From contig NC_057718.1 in assembly GCF_004010195.1 (NCBI RefSeq), forward strand, positions 8,865,363 to 8,923,582: DNA of 58,220 nt, read 5' to 3'. How positions within the stretch are numbered: the stretch's first letter is position 1; each line of letters starts with the position of its first letter. Made by a program: the position numbers and the translations under genes. This DNA comes from Chiloscyllium plagiosum. Its lineage: Eukaryota. Below are positions 1 to 11,180 of the stretch, piece after piece. Below the pieces are notes generated by a model. It did no database searches and had not been told where the DNA came from. It saw only the letters and a program-made list of their open reading frames with translations.

Positions 1-1405
1 AGTCCTACCTTGTCCCTGCCTGCCCTGACTGTTTGACTCACTTCTGTTCTCAACTGTACCAGTCTCAGATTGATCTCTTATCTCACTATCTCCCTGGGTC
101 CCACCACCCCCACCTTACTAGTTTAAATCCTCCCAAGCAGTTCTCGCAAATTTCCCTGCCAGTATATTAGTCCCCTTCCAATTTAGGTACAATCCGTCCT
201 TCTTGTACAGGTCACTTCTACCCCAAAAGAGATTCCAATGATTCAAAAGTGTGAATTGTTCTCCCATACACCAGATCCTCAGCCATGCATTCATCTGCTC
301 TAGCCTCCTATTCCTGCCCTCACTAGCTCGTAGCAATGGGAGTAATCCAGATATTATTATCCTTGAGGACTTCCTTTTTTCAATTTTTGCCTAATTCTCC
401 GTAATCTCCCTTCAGAATCTCAACCTTTTCCCTTCCTATATCGTTGGCTCCAATGTGGACAATGACCTCTTGCTGACCCCTCTCCCCCGTGAGAACATTC
501 TGCACCCTCTCTGAGACATCCTTGATCCTGGCACCAGGGAAACAACACACCATTCTGATTTTTTGCTGCTGGCCACAGAAACGTCTGTCTGTACCTCGGA
601 CTAGAGAGTCCCCTAACGCAATTGATCTCTTGGAACCCGGCGTACCCCTCGTTGCATTAGAGTCTGAATACCAGAAACCTGGCTGTTCGTGCTACGTTCT
701 CCTGAGAATCCATCACCCCCTACATTTTCCAAAACAGCATACCTGTTTGAAATGGGTATAGCCACAAAAGGCTCCTGCACTAGCTGCCTACCTCTCATAC
801 CTTCACTGGAGTTAACCCATCTATGTGACTGTATCTGAGACTTTCCCCCCTTCCTATAACTGCCATCCATCAGATCCTGTTGCTGTTGCAAATTCCTCAT
901 CGCTTCTAACTGTCTCTCCAACCGATCCATTCCATCTGATAAGATTCACAACCAACAGCATTTATTGCAGATATAATCCACAGTAACCCTTAAACTCTCT
1001 TTAAACTCCCACATCTGACAAGAAGCGCATATCACTCTACTAAAGGCCATTTCTGCTGCTTCACAATCTACAGACCCAGAAAATAACACTGTCCTATTCC
1101 TCTACAAAACACTGCACCAGGTTAAATTAATAGTTATGGCTTATATTTTAAGTTTAATCAAGAGACTTATCTCCAAAAAACATATAATCAAGAAATAACC
1201 CACAGTACTCACTACTGCAGCCTTACTATTGGACAGACTTAAAACAAAGATTAACTTCTCTGATTCTGTGCTGTGAACTTCGCCCAACAGTATTCTCCAA
1301 GATTAGTTGTGAAATTCGCTGTTTGTTAATTTTCCCAGGCGCACTCTGATGTCCAGCGACACATGAATTCAAAAACAGCAAAGGCAGTAACTGTGCAGGG
1401 TTTTT

Positions 1406-1437
<32 letters not shown>

Positions 1438-1470
1438 CTGCGCTGTCCTCACCATGTGCTTCCTTTGTCT
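1..1470 (-). mobile_element. 5' portion of a CR1-clade LINE: 5'UTR, disrupted ORF1 (ATG at 1050, stop at 118) and the ORF1-ORF2 spacer; continues beyond the window start
   Basis: Minus-strand translation from 1050 gives MAFSRVICASCQMW...YICNKC (CxxC...CxxC), then the coiled-coil MDRLERQLEAM, then SGNH-esterase blocks GDSL (613-602), HIGAND and DGLY. One in-frame TGA and at least two frameshifts. 5' boundary approximate. Confidence 0.85.
1410..1437. repeat. (CT)n microsatellite
   Basis: Run of tctctc... after a poly-T tract, inside the LINE 5'UTR. Confidence 0.95.
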
Positions 1471-1844
1471 GAGGGGCTCAAATGAAGAGGAGACTTTGTA
1501 CAGATTTGTTGAGACAAATAACCTTAGTCTGCGCCACAGCTTTTTATTGATAGTCCTAAAAATTTACATATGATTTTACATGAAAAAATTATTTTAGTTA
1601 CTCTCACCATTTGCTTCCCGAAATGTGTCATGGTAAAATATTTAAACTGAACCAGGAGCACCTCTACCAATAAAGAAGACTTCCACTTTTTTTTCAATCG
1701 ACAGTTTCCTAAATTATTTTTGCATTTTTCTTTTCCCCTCATGGGCTGTATCCTCAACCATTCCAGTCCAATGTCAGGGTCCTGACTTACAAAATACAAC
1801 TACTCCCATAAGCGCCTTATGTCCTGGAGAGTGTGCCCCTGTAT

Positions 1845-1940
1845 CATTCCTGAAGGAGGGCTCATGCCCGAAACGTCGATTCTCCTGTTCCTTGGATGCT
1901 GCCTGACCTGCTGCGCTTTTCCAGCAACACATTTTCAACT
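1845..1940 (+). mobile_element. PLE terminal-repeat fragment (family A) with mutated hammerhead core
   Basis: cattcCTGAAGGAGGGCTCATGCCCGAAACGTCgattctcc... matches the other family-A copies (e.g. 34731 onward). Confidence 0.8.
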
Positions 1941-2044
1941 CATACCTACCACGGACCAGCCCAGTCCTGAAAGGTGGCGCATTCTCCCCAATCTGCTCCT
2001 CCCATCACCTACAGAAACCCTGTGGGTTCTTTTTTAACTTTAGT

Positions 2045-2240
2045 CCATATCGGCTTGAAAGGGTGATGGAAACAGATTCAATAATAACTTTCAGAAGGGA
2101 ACTGGATAATTTCTTGATGAAGTAACATTTGCAGAGTCATGCAGAAAGAGCTGAGGAATGGGATCAATTGAATCTTTTGCAGAGACAGGACAGGCGCAAT
2201 GAGCTAACCGGTCTCTATTTCTAATATACAATTCTATGAA
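2045..2240 (+). mobile_element. Old CR1 LINE 3' fragment
   Basis: Degenerate match to the CR1 3' end seen elsewhere in the window (gggtgatggaaacagattcaataataactttcagaagggaactggat). Confidence 0.55.
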
Positions 2241-3264
2241 TTTAATCAGGTGCCTTCTACAATTGTATGCAGTGGTATAGTTACAGTTTGACCAGTACTT
2301 AATAAGGAACAGTGTAGAATGTCTTTTTTTTTAAGATGAACTATCTTTCTCCATTGTTTACCCTCATTTACTAAAGAACTTACGAGATTAATATGATATG
2401 AACAAAACATTTCATCCTGTTTTTCTCCACCAATGCTAATAAAACATACTGAATTAACCTGACCAGACTAATTGTTGCATTAAGATGTGCAGCTAGAATT
2501 CCTCCAATGAAATTAATCACTAATGCATATTTAGTCAAATACCCTGCACTACGCTCAATGTCTAATTTATTCAGTATCAGGTATGTGATGGATATAAGTC
2601 TCTTAATCCCCATCTTCAATCAGCACTGCTATCTTAGTTTATCTACATTAGTTCAGCCTGAGTTGTCTTGTGCCATTCCAACAGAAAACAGAAAGGATTG
2701 TATCTGCCACATTGGCTAAGGAAGATGTTTTGTCATCTTCTACAGACAAGCTGCAGTTGAGCAAGATATTTGAGCGATGGGAATTGGAGTCATGCCCAGC
2801 TCATGGGCCCACTACTAAGTCAAGAACCTGGATGTTGACGTACGGTACAGAGCAATGTTCAGGCTTCCCCCAGGAGGGAACTGGTCAACTCAAAGACCGT
2901 TTCTTCTTATTGGCTCGTGGGATGTGGGCTAAGCCAGTATTTATTGCCCTGAGTGGAAACACATTGTCATCACAACACATTGTCAAGCTACATGAAGCTT
3001 GAGAGCCTTCCTCTCCTCAGCCAGACATGAACAACCAGGTTCTTACCTTAGTAGTGGGCCCATGACCTGGGTAGGACCCCAAACCGCAGCACCCAGACAC
3101 ATTGCCCACCTGGAGCTTGTCTGTAGAAGGTGACAATACATCTCACTTCGCCAATATGGCAGATACCACCCATTAGGTTGGAATGACACAAAGCAACCAA
3201 GGCTGAACTAATACATGCAAACCAAAGGTAGAAATGGTGATGGAAGATTAGGATTAAAAATCTT

Positions 3265-3573
3265 AGAATTATCAAATACCTACAGTGTGCAAGCAGGCCA
3301 CTCAGCCCATCAAGTCCACACCGCCCCTCCAAATGGCATCCCATCCACCCTATCCCTGCATTTCCCATGCCAATTCACCTAGCCAGCACATCCCTGAACA
3401 CTATGGGCAATTTAGCATGGCCAATCCGCTAAACACGCACATCTTTGGACTATGGGAGGAAACTGGAGCACCTGGAGAAAACCCACAGAGACACGGTCAC
3501 CCAAGGCCAGAATCGAACTTGGGACCTGGTGCTGAGAGGCAGCAGTGATAAGCACTGAGTCACCATGCTGCCC
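3265..3573 (-). mobile_element. HE1-type V-SINE
   Basis: tRNA-like A/B-box head, V-domain (tttcctcccatagtccaaagatgtg) and CR1-like tail on the minus strand. Confidence 0.85.
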
Positions 3574-3630
3574 TTGTATCCATGCTGCTCAATAGAGTAG
3601 ACATTGAGTACAATGCAGGGTATTTGAGTA

Positions 3631-4026
3631 CAAATAGTTCTCCTGCAATGCCATAGTTATATTCCAGTGAAACCTCGCTTAATAGAAAATCGTTTAATAG
3701 AAATAATGGGGCCAATGGGAGAAGTGGGGTTAGGGACAGATCAGCAAAAAATAATATCACTCACAATCACTCAAAAATCACCCAAAAGTCTAACGCAAAA
3801 TATAGCACCGCCTGAATGAAATTACATTTATTAATGAAACAAAGTAAATTTAACACAGTACATTTAAAGTATGTAAGAAAGATGCTCTCTGTACAGTACC
3901 TTTCACAGGTACTCTCTCGAATTGCGCTATTGCGCTAAGCGTTCTCCAAAATACCGTTCCCTAATTTTTCAGCGACGTTACAGCCAAATTGCACTGCCGG
4001 GACATGCGTTATCCGGGAGCTACCTG
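3631..4026. mobile_element. Non-autonomous Tc1/mariner (pogo/Tigger-like) MITE
   Basis: Flanked by TA (3629-3630 and 4027-4028). Imperfect TIRs caaatagttctcctgcaatgc / gcgttatccgggagctacctg. Removing it restores an interrupted inverted-repeat arm. Confidence 0.65.
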
Positions 4027-4049
4027 TAAATGTGCAAGAATAGTATTAA

Positions 4050-4215
4050 GTCGCTTTTCACAACAATGGTTTTATGGTCATCATTCAACTTTTAATTCCT
4101 AGTGCCTGTTGAATTCAAATGCCACCATTTGCAGTGGTCGGAATCAAATCCTGGTCTACAGATCGTTAACCGAATCTCTGGAGTGTTAATGCAGTAAGAA
4201 CACCAATTGCCTCCC
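4050..4215 (-). mobile_element. tRNA-derived SINE 5' fragment (same family as 4805-5104)
   Basis: Shares gaattcaaatgccaccatttgc... and the ...attgcctcccc end with the other copies. Confidence 0.6.
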
Positions 4216-4804
4216 CTGTCCCTCAGTTCCAGGACATGGATGGTGGAGTCTAGGAATCAACACCCACTTGGCTTCTGATCCACATCGAAACGGTGTTCAT
4301 AGCGAGGAGAGAAAATACTCCAATAAAGAACAATATTGATCATCCTCTGCAAACACTGCTGGAAAGCATTTAGAGGGTACTGCTCAAATCTAGCAGCACA
4401 GGAAACAAAGAGAAGGTAACTTGTATACCTGACCTAATAATCTTTACCATCAGAGCACCACCTACAGTAACTCTGCACCACCCACAGTGACAATGAGCAT
4501 CTTAGAATTCAGGATGGAGAGGGATCCATCATTTCCGAAAAACGTATAAATATTGATTCTATTGCCCACACTTCAAAGACATGTAGGTAGTCAAGATTAT
4601 TTTCTGCATTATTACTCTAAATAGATAAAATCTGGAGCTGCAAAATGATTCATATACCATTTAGTCTGTAGCTGAGCAGTCTGTCACTTTTGCACGGGGT
4701 CGATTATAAGGGGCAGAATGGATTGGGCAAAGGCCAATTACCAAGTCGTGGAACATTTCAGGACAGAGATAGGGTGAGGGTGAGGAGGAGGAATTTTTGG
4801 TTCA

Positions 4805-5104
4805 TCTTCTCAATGGATTTGGGCATCTCTAGCTAGGCTAGCATTATTGCCCACCCCTCATGGCCCAGAGGGCGGTTCAGGATTGGCCACATTGCTTTGG
4901 GTCTGGAATCACGTGGAAGCCAGACAGGGTAAGGATGAAACATCGCCTTCCCCAAAGGTCATTGTGAAACCTGATGAGTTTTTCCTGACAATCAACAATG
5001 GTTTCATGGTCTGACATGGTGGAATTCAAACCCAGCTCCCCAGAACATTGGCTGAGTTTCAGGATTAATAGTCTAGTGATAATATCATTAGGCCATTGCT
5101 TCCC
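4805..5104 (-). mobile_element. tRNA-derived SINE whose 3' tail resembles the CR1/L2-group LINE at 20330-21950 (family unassigned)
   Basis: Minus strand starts gggaagcaatggcctaatgatattatc (A box), has a B-box-like gggtttgaattcc, a central ...atccttaccctgtctggc... domain and a gggcaataatgct tail. Related copies at 5770-6030, 14195-15545 and 54215-54552. Confidence 0.7.
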
Positions 5105-5289
5105 AGTGAAACTTACGTGGCGAGAGGAAGGGGGCCACTACATCGAGAACTTCAGTGTTAGCCTGACGGAATCCACATTTTCCTCCCACATTTGTGGAAA
5201 CTGGAGGTGATGCAGAGGGGCAGGTATGAAGGGTTCAAGGGCAGTGTATTTTGAGGGGTTGGGGCAAAGTGGCTGGCCAATTATAACGT

Positions 5290-5765
5290 AATATATAAAA
5301 CAGTACACACAGGAACAGGCCATTTGGCATGCAATGTTGTGCCAAACATGACACCAAGTTAAACTAATCCCTTCTGCCTGCCCTTGGTCCATATCCCTCC
5401 ATTACTTGCATATTCAAGTGCTCATCTAAAAGTCTCTTAAACGCCCCAATCATATCTGCCTCCACCACCACCCTAAGTAGAATTGCAAGTAGATTCCTGA
5501 TGAGTTTCTCACTTTTGAGAAAGGCCAGAAGACCATAAGATGTCAGAGCAGAAATTGGCCGTTTGGTCCATCGAATCTGCTCTGCCATTCAATGACATCA
5601 TGATAATCCACAATTCCACTTTCCTACTTGCTTCTCCATAGTCCTTGATTCCCTTGCTGATTAAAAATCTGCTAATCTCCGCCTTGAATATACGTAAAGA
5701 TACGGCCTTGATGGCCTCTGGAAAGACTTCTGCAGATTCGCAACCCTCTGAGAGAAGAAATTTTT
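5290..5765 (-). mobile_element. Two adjacent CR1 LINE 3'-end fragments
   Basis: Minus peptide VVEADMIGAFKRLLDEHLNMQVMEGYG plus typical CR1 3'UTR. A second tail begins near 5525. Confidence 0.75.
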
Positions 5766-5769
5766 TTAA

Positions 5770-6030
5770 TATATTATTTCAGAGGATGTGGGTGTCACTG
5801 GCCAGGGCAGCATTTATTGCCCAGAAGGTTGTTCAGAGTAAACCTATGATTCTGGAGTCACCCATGTGACCAGGTACGGTAAGGTTTCTTCTCTGAAGAA
5901 TGTAAGTGAACCATATGGTTTTTTCTGACAATGGTCATCAGTAGACTTTTAGTCTCAATTTTTTCTGGAACTTGAGGTCCCTCATCTGCCACAGTACGAT
6001 CCCAATCCAAATCCCTAGAACATTAATCTT
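5770..6030 (-). mobile_element. tRNA-derived SINE (family of 4805-5104), degenerate
   Basis: ggatgtgggtgtcactggccagggcagcatttattgccc...tctggagtcac...gtgaaccatatgg. Confidence 0.6.
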
Positions 6031-6792
6031 CGAAGTTCTCCTGAACAACTATTAAGCTTACATGAGTCAGAACCCCACAAATCCTCCGACTTTAATGGAC
6101 TCTTTCGGTGGGGTTTGAGACATGAGGGAATTCTGGATCAGAAAATTACGTTCCCGGACAATTCCCAAGGAAGCAGCTACATCGAGGATTCAGGATGTTC
6201 TCAAGATCCAGCTCCAAGCTACACTACTCTCCAACCATTGGACTCTCTGGGACAAGATTTCTTTTGAACAGAGGGAGAGATATTTCTTTCAAAATCAAGC
6301 AGCAACTTCATGTGACAAAGGCCAGGTACAATTTCAGTGCTGGGAGGTATGAAACCAGATTTGGAAAGGTCTTGTTTATTTTGAAACACATTGCAAGACA
6401 AACACTTAAGTGAGATAGTGACCTTCTGTGCAGAAAGCAGGTGGAGCCTCATGAATCATGCACATTAACCTGATGAACTGAGCCTCACCCCACCTCTAGT
6501 CACCTGTCAAAGAGACACTTTCAACTTATAGTAATTTATTGGTCAATTTGGGTGTACGAATGATTCTCTGTTGCTCTCTAACCTGCCAATTCAACAACGA
6601 TCAGCCAGGATCTTATTGAACACTGAAGGCTGAGTGACCTACTCTCGTTAGTTATTGATATGTTCAACTCTTTGCGTTGATACTTAATACAGGTAATTAA
6701 GTTTATGGAAAACAGGGATTGTACCCATGTACTTATTCCTCTGACTCCAATGATTTACTGCATTTCTTCCTGATTCCTCCATAACCCTTATG

Positions 6793-7002
6793 AACAAAGT
6801 CAGACGTCATGCAACACCAGGTTATAGTCCAACAGGTTTATTTGAAATCACAAGCTTTTGAGCATTGTCCCTGTGTCAGGTGAAGAAGCAGCAGCACTCC
6901 AAAAGCTTTGTATTTCAAATAAATCTATTGGACTATAACCTAGTGTGCATGACTTCTGACTTTGTCCACCCAGGTCCAACACCGGAACCTCCATATCATG
7001 GC
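6793..7002. mobile_element. Fold-back PLE-derived mini-element (family C), decayed hammerhead
   Basis: Inverted arms acaccaggttatagtccaacaggtttatttgaaat / atttcaaataaatctattggactataacctagtgt. Near-TSD aacccttatg (6783-6792) / aatccttatg (7003-7012). Confidence 0.7.
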
Positions 7003-7209
7003 AATCCTTATGGAGTTATAGCTCTGTGGCGATGGGGATGGGAGGAAGTGAGTGGTCTCACCTGTCCTCAGGAACTTCCAGCATTGCAGCAAGGCCAGCA
7101 GAGACCTCAGAATGTCTGGGCAAAAATCTCAATGGGTCATCCCTCAGTGCTGATAAGCTTGGTCCTCATCTGAGGGAATGGTGAGACCTGGCTGAGTTTT
7201 AAGGTCAAA

Positions 7210-7860
7210 AGGAATATGGCCCAACAAGCCCAATTCAATGGCTGACCATCTCATTTAACCCCACCTTCCCAAACTAGCCATGTCCCTTAGATCCCCTTTG
7301 TATTCAGTATCAACTTGCGTCTTGAACATATTCAATGACTGAACCTGGAGAGGAGGTCTGATAAAGGTTTTCAAAAACATGAGTGGGCTGTACAGAGGGA
7401 GAGGTTGTTTATGCTCATATAAGGAACAAGAAAGATTCAGCATTGGTTCAAAGGGATGTGTAAAAGAAGCAAGGGTGACATGAGAAAATACTTCATCACA
7501 CAGTGAGTATACAGCGTGTGGAATATGCTGCCTGGAAATGTGGTGGAGGCAGGCTCAATTGAGACATTCAAGAGGGGCAACGGATGGCTGTTTGGATTGT
7601 AATGGTGTGCAGGGATATGGAGAACAGCAGGAGATTGGCTCGAGGTAACACAGCCACTGAAGGCATGATGGACCAAGTGACCTCCTTCTACAACAGAACA
7701 ATTCTGCAATCCATGAACTTCCACAGCCCACAATTCCAAAGATTCACCACCCACTGGGAAAAGAGATTCCTCATCACCCCAGCTCAGTTACTCTGAGACT
7801 GTGAGTACACACTCTCGATTTCTCCAGGCAGCTGAGGAAACATTTTCGTAGTGCCTATCC
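7210..7860. mobile_element. Nested CR1 fragments: a + strand 3' fragment (about 7346-7710) inside an older minus-strand fragment
   Basis: CR1 3' motifs on + (gagaggaggtctgataaaggttttcaaa...tggaatatgctgcctgg). The minus-strand copy resumes after 7710. Confidence 0.7.
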
Positions 7861-7899
7861 TACCATCTGTGTTTTTATGCAGAAGGCCAGCTGAATGAG

Positions 7900-8030
7900 T
7901 ATAGTCTGTCTCCTCATTACAGAGAGTGAGAGAGAGAGAGAGAGGGAGGAAGAGTGAGAGAGAGATAGAAGCCGTAGTGAGTTCAATCTAAGGGTCACAA
8001 TGCTTGGTGAGGGGTCTTTGTGTTAATATC
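7900..8030 (-). mobile_element. Degenerate tRNA-SINE fragment (family of 21485-21720) with expanded (GA)n tract
   Basis: tctcctcattacagagagtgagagagag...ttcaatctaagggtcac resembles 21520-21590. Confidence 0.45.
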
Positions 8031-8479
8031 AGCCAGGTGGAGGTGGTGTGTCACAGCCAAGATAAAATCAGTCAAAATAAGCAGATGTTCATCATGAAAT
8101 CAGTGCAGGATATAGCTTATTCATCTCAGTGATTTAAAAACATCTGAAAATGGCTAAATGTAAATATGAATATTCATACCTTTGTAAGCGAGTGTGCAAA
8201 ACGTCTGTACTTTTGCAATCACAACATGGAGCTTTGCTGAAGAAAGTAAGCTATTGTCGTAGAATGGGATTGAGAATTGCAATTCTGCACACGTGGAAAT
8301 CATTCCTCTTAAACAGGAAAGAATAAACTCTGCCAGCAACTATACCCAGCCCCAGTTGATCACCTGAAGACATGTGATGCAGATTTCCTGGCTTGTGGTA
8401 ACTGTATCTCACCATCTACCCTTCAAGTCTATTCAGAATCTCATGTTTCAGTTAGTTTGCCTCTCACTCTCCTTAACTC

Positions 8480-9700
8480 CAGGGAATATCGACCCAATTC
8501 ACCCAGCTTCTCATCAGAAGGCATGCACTTGGATCAATCTAGTAAACCTTCACTGCACTGCGCTGCAACACAAGTATTCAATATGGAGAGCTAAACTGCA
8601 CAGTACTCCAGGTGGAGTCTTACCAAAACCCTGTACACGTCACTAGATCTCTTTGCTCGTGTACGCTAACCCCCTCACAACAAAGGCCAACAAGCCTCAT
8701 TACTTGCTCTACCCGCATGCTAACTTTCTGCAAACATTTCACACCCAAAACATATTGGCATTGCAAAATTACGATCTTCAAACATTATAATTTCCACGCT
8801 TCCAAATTCTGCATTTTTTATTCTTATGACCATATTGGTTAACTTTACACTTCAGATCTGTTTGAAATCTTCAAGCTATTAACAGGAAAAGACACCATAG
8901 ATAAAGATAAACAATTTCCATGGGTTAGAGATTCTAGAACAAGGGGCATAGTCTGAGAATTAGGGCCAGACCATTCAGGAGGGATGGTAGGAAGCACTTT
9001 GACACACAAAGGGTGGGAGAGGTTTGGAACTCTCTTCCACAAACGGCAGTGGGTGCTGGATCAGTTGTTGATTTTAAATCTGAAATAGACAAACTTTTGC
9101 TAAACAAAGGTATTAAGGTATCTGGGTCAAAGGGCAGCACAGTGGCTCAGTGGTAAGCAGTCACCTTCAGGCGACTGTCTGTGTAGAGTTTGCACATTCT
9201 CCCTGTGTCTCTGGGCTGCTCCGGTTTCCTCCCATAGTTCAAAGATGTGCAGGGTAAGTGGATTGGCCATGGGAAATGCAGGGTTACAGGGTTCAGATAA
9301 GGGGGGCATTGGATCTGAGTGGGATGCTCTTCAGCTGGTTAGTGGAGACTCAATGAGCCAAATGGCGTGCTTCCACACTATCGGAATTCTATGAAAGGGA
9401 GCTCTATGAAGTTAGGTCACAGATCAGCCATGATCTCATTGAATGATAGAACAGGCTTGAGGGGCTGAATGGAGCCTATGTCTCTGCTCCCTATATAATG
9501 CTCCATCTACCATCTTGTTGCCAACTCACCAAATCCGTACATATTTCCGTTCAGCTTCTCTGTATCCTCCCCACAGCTTCTCTGTATCCTCCCCACAGCT
9601 TTCCTTGTACCTAACTTTGTATCATCAGCAAATGTAGATACATAGCTCTCTGTCTCTTCAGCATCAACATTGATTATAAATAGCTGAAGCTCTGGCACTA
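8480..9700. mobile_element. Cluster of CR1 fragments: minus 8480-8730; plus about 8846-9490 split by an HE1; minus RT fragment 9505-9700
   Basis: Minus ORF 9507-9707 contains FADDTKLG. The + fragment matches the CR1 3' region. Confidence 0.7.
9132..9393 (+). mobile_element. HE1-type V-SINE with internal deletions
   Basis: gggcagcacagtggctcagtggtaagca...ggtttcctcccatagttcaaagatgtgcagg. Confidence 0.8.
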
Positions 9701-9844
9701 ACTCCATTATTCACTGGCTGCTGACATGTAAATGTCCACACTTTTCTTCCTGTTGTTCGATATTATTCTGCCCACAGCTCATTGAAGAGAAACAGTGTGA
9801 CACTCACATAGTTCACATTCCATCAGAGCAAAATGGGACGCAGT

Positions 9845-10235
9845 GTCAGCCATTGCTCAGCCAATAACATTCTTATTTCTGGTTGGTGTAGGTTCAAGCC
9901 CCAGTTAAGCTCTAGAGTTTAGCTTGGTATTCTGGTGCAGCGTGGAGGGAGTACTGCTCTCTCAGACCTGCTGCTGCTGTGATGGTATTAAAGTGAGATC
10001 GCACCTGTCCTCTTGTGTGGATATGAGAGAACGCATGGCATTATTTCAGAGAAGAGAAAGGAAGTTCTCTGGTGAGTCCTGGGCCCAATCAATATTACAT
10101 AAAATAGATTCACCAGTTAAATCAGCTCATAGATGTTTGTGGGATCTTGCTGTGCACACATGGGCTGCCAGTCTCCCTATATTACAACAAATACCATACT
10201 TCAAAAGCTCTTCATTGACTACAAATTGGGTGTTC
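9845..10235 (+). mobile_element. Deu-domain SINE (SacSINE1/AmnSINE1-like)
   Basis: Degenerate Deu domain (gagggagtactgc...catggcattatttcagagaagag...tgtttgtgggatcttgctgtgc...acttcaaaag). Related pieces at about 23850-24100 (-), 25150-25290, 26940-27030 and 55790-55870. Confidence 0.7.
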
Positions 10236-10264
10236 CTCCTAAAATAGGAATAGCTGCTACATAA

Positions 10265-10567
10265 GGTGGTTAGCACTGCTGCCTCACAGCGCCAGAGACC
10301 TGGGTTCAATTCCCACCTCAGGCAACTGACTGTGTGGAGTTTGCACATTCTCCCGTGTCTGCGTTGGTTTCCTCTTGGTGCTCTGGTTTCCTCCCACAGT
10401 CCAAAAATGTGCAGGTGAGGTGAATTGGCCATGCTAAATTGCCCGTAGTGTTAGGGGCAGGGGTAAATGTAGGGGAATGTGTCTGGGTGGGTTGCGCTTC
10501 TGCGGGTCAGTGTGGACTCGTTGTGCCGAAGGGACTGTTTCCACACTGTAAGTAATCTAATCTAATC
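10265..10567 (+). mobile_element. HE1-type V-SINE (young)
   Basis: B box gggttcaattccc, intact V-domain and (taatc)n tail. Confidence 0.9.
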
Positions 10568-10636
10568 ATAAACTGCATTCTAGCGCTGCCTTTTGGTAAC
10601 AGGCAGGGAGTGAACTCAGAGTCTGTTATGATCTCT

Positions 10637-10730
10637 GCTGAAAAATGTGTTGCTGGAAAAGCGCAGCAGGTCAGGCAACATCCAAGGAGCAGGAGAATCG
10701 ACGTTTCGGGCATAAGCCCTTCTTCAGGAA
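10637..10730 (-). mobile_element. PLE terminal-repeat fragment (family A) with intact hammerhead core on the minus strand
   Basis: Reverse complement reads ttcCTGAAGAAGGGCTTATGCCCGAAACGTCgattctcc. Confidence 0.85.
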
Positions 10731-10759
10731 CTCTGGTACTGTCTCCTGGGTTGAAGATA

Positions 10760-11050
10760 CTAGCTTTCTTCAGCCAGAGAGTGGTGAATCTATGGAATTC
10801 ATTGCCACAGAAGGCTGTGGAAGCCAGTTCATTGAGTCTACTTAAGGTGGAGATAGACACGTTCTTGATTGTCAAGGGATCAAGAGTTACGGGGAGAAAG
10901 CCGGAGAATGGGGTTGAGAGACTTATCAGCCATGATTTAATGGTGAAGCGGACTCCTTGGGCCGAATGGCCTAATTTCTGCTCCTATGTCTTATGGTGTA
11001 GCCAAGGTGTCAGGGAGTATGGGGAGAAAGTGAGAATAAGACATTGAGTT
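10760..11050 (+). mobile_element. CR1 LINE 3' fragment
   Basis: FFSQRVVNLWNSLPQKAVEA peptide followed by CR1 3'UTR. Confidence 0.8.
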
Positions 11051-11053
11051 AAA

Positions 11054-11180
11054 GGGGCAGCATGGTGGCTCAGTGGTTAGTACTGCTGCCTCATAGCACC
11101 AGGGACCTGGGTTCGATTCCAGTGACTGTATGTGTGGAGTTTGCACATTCTCCCTGTGTCTGCATGGGTTTCCTCCAGGT
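11054..11180 (+). mobile_element. HE1 V-SINE 5' half
   Basis: ggggcagcatggtggctcagtggttag...gggttcgattcc...tgtgtggagtttgcacattctcc. Confidence 0.85.

Noticed and set aside
9552..9600. 22-bp tandem duplication (also a 13-bp duplication at about 36182-36207)
   Set aside because: Ordinary slippage events inside decayed CR1 copies.
10265..10325. tRNA-like sequences with A/B boxes (many sites)
   Set aside because: They are SINE heads followed by V, Deu or other SINE bodies, with no complete cloverleaf.
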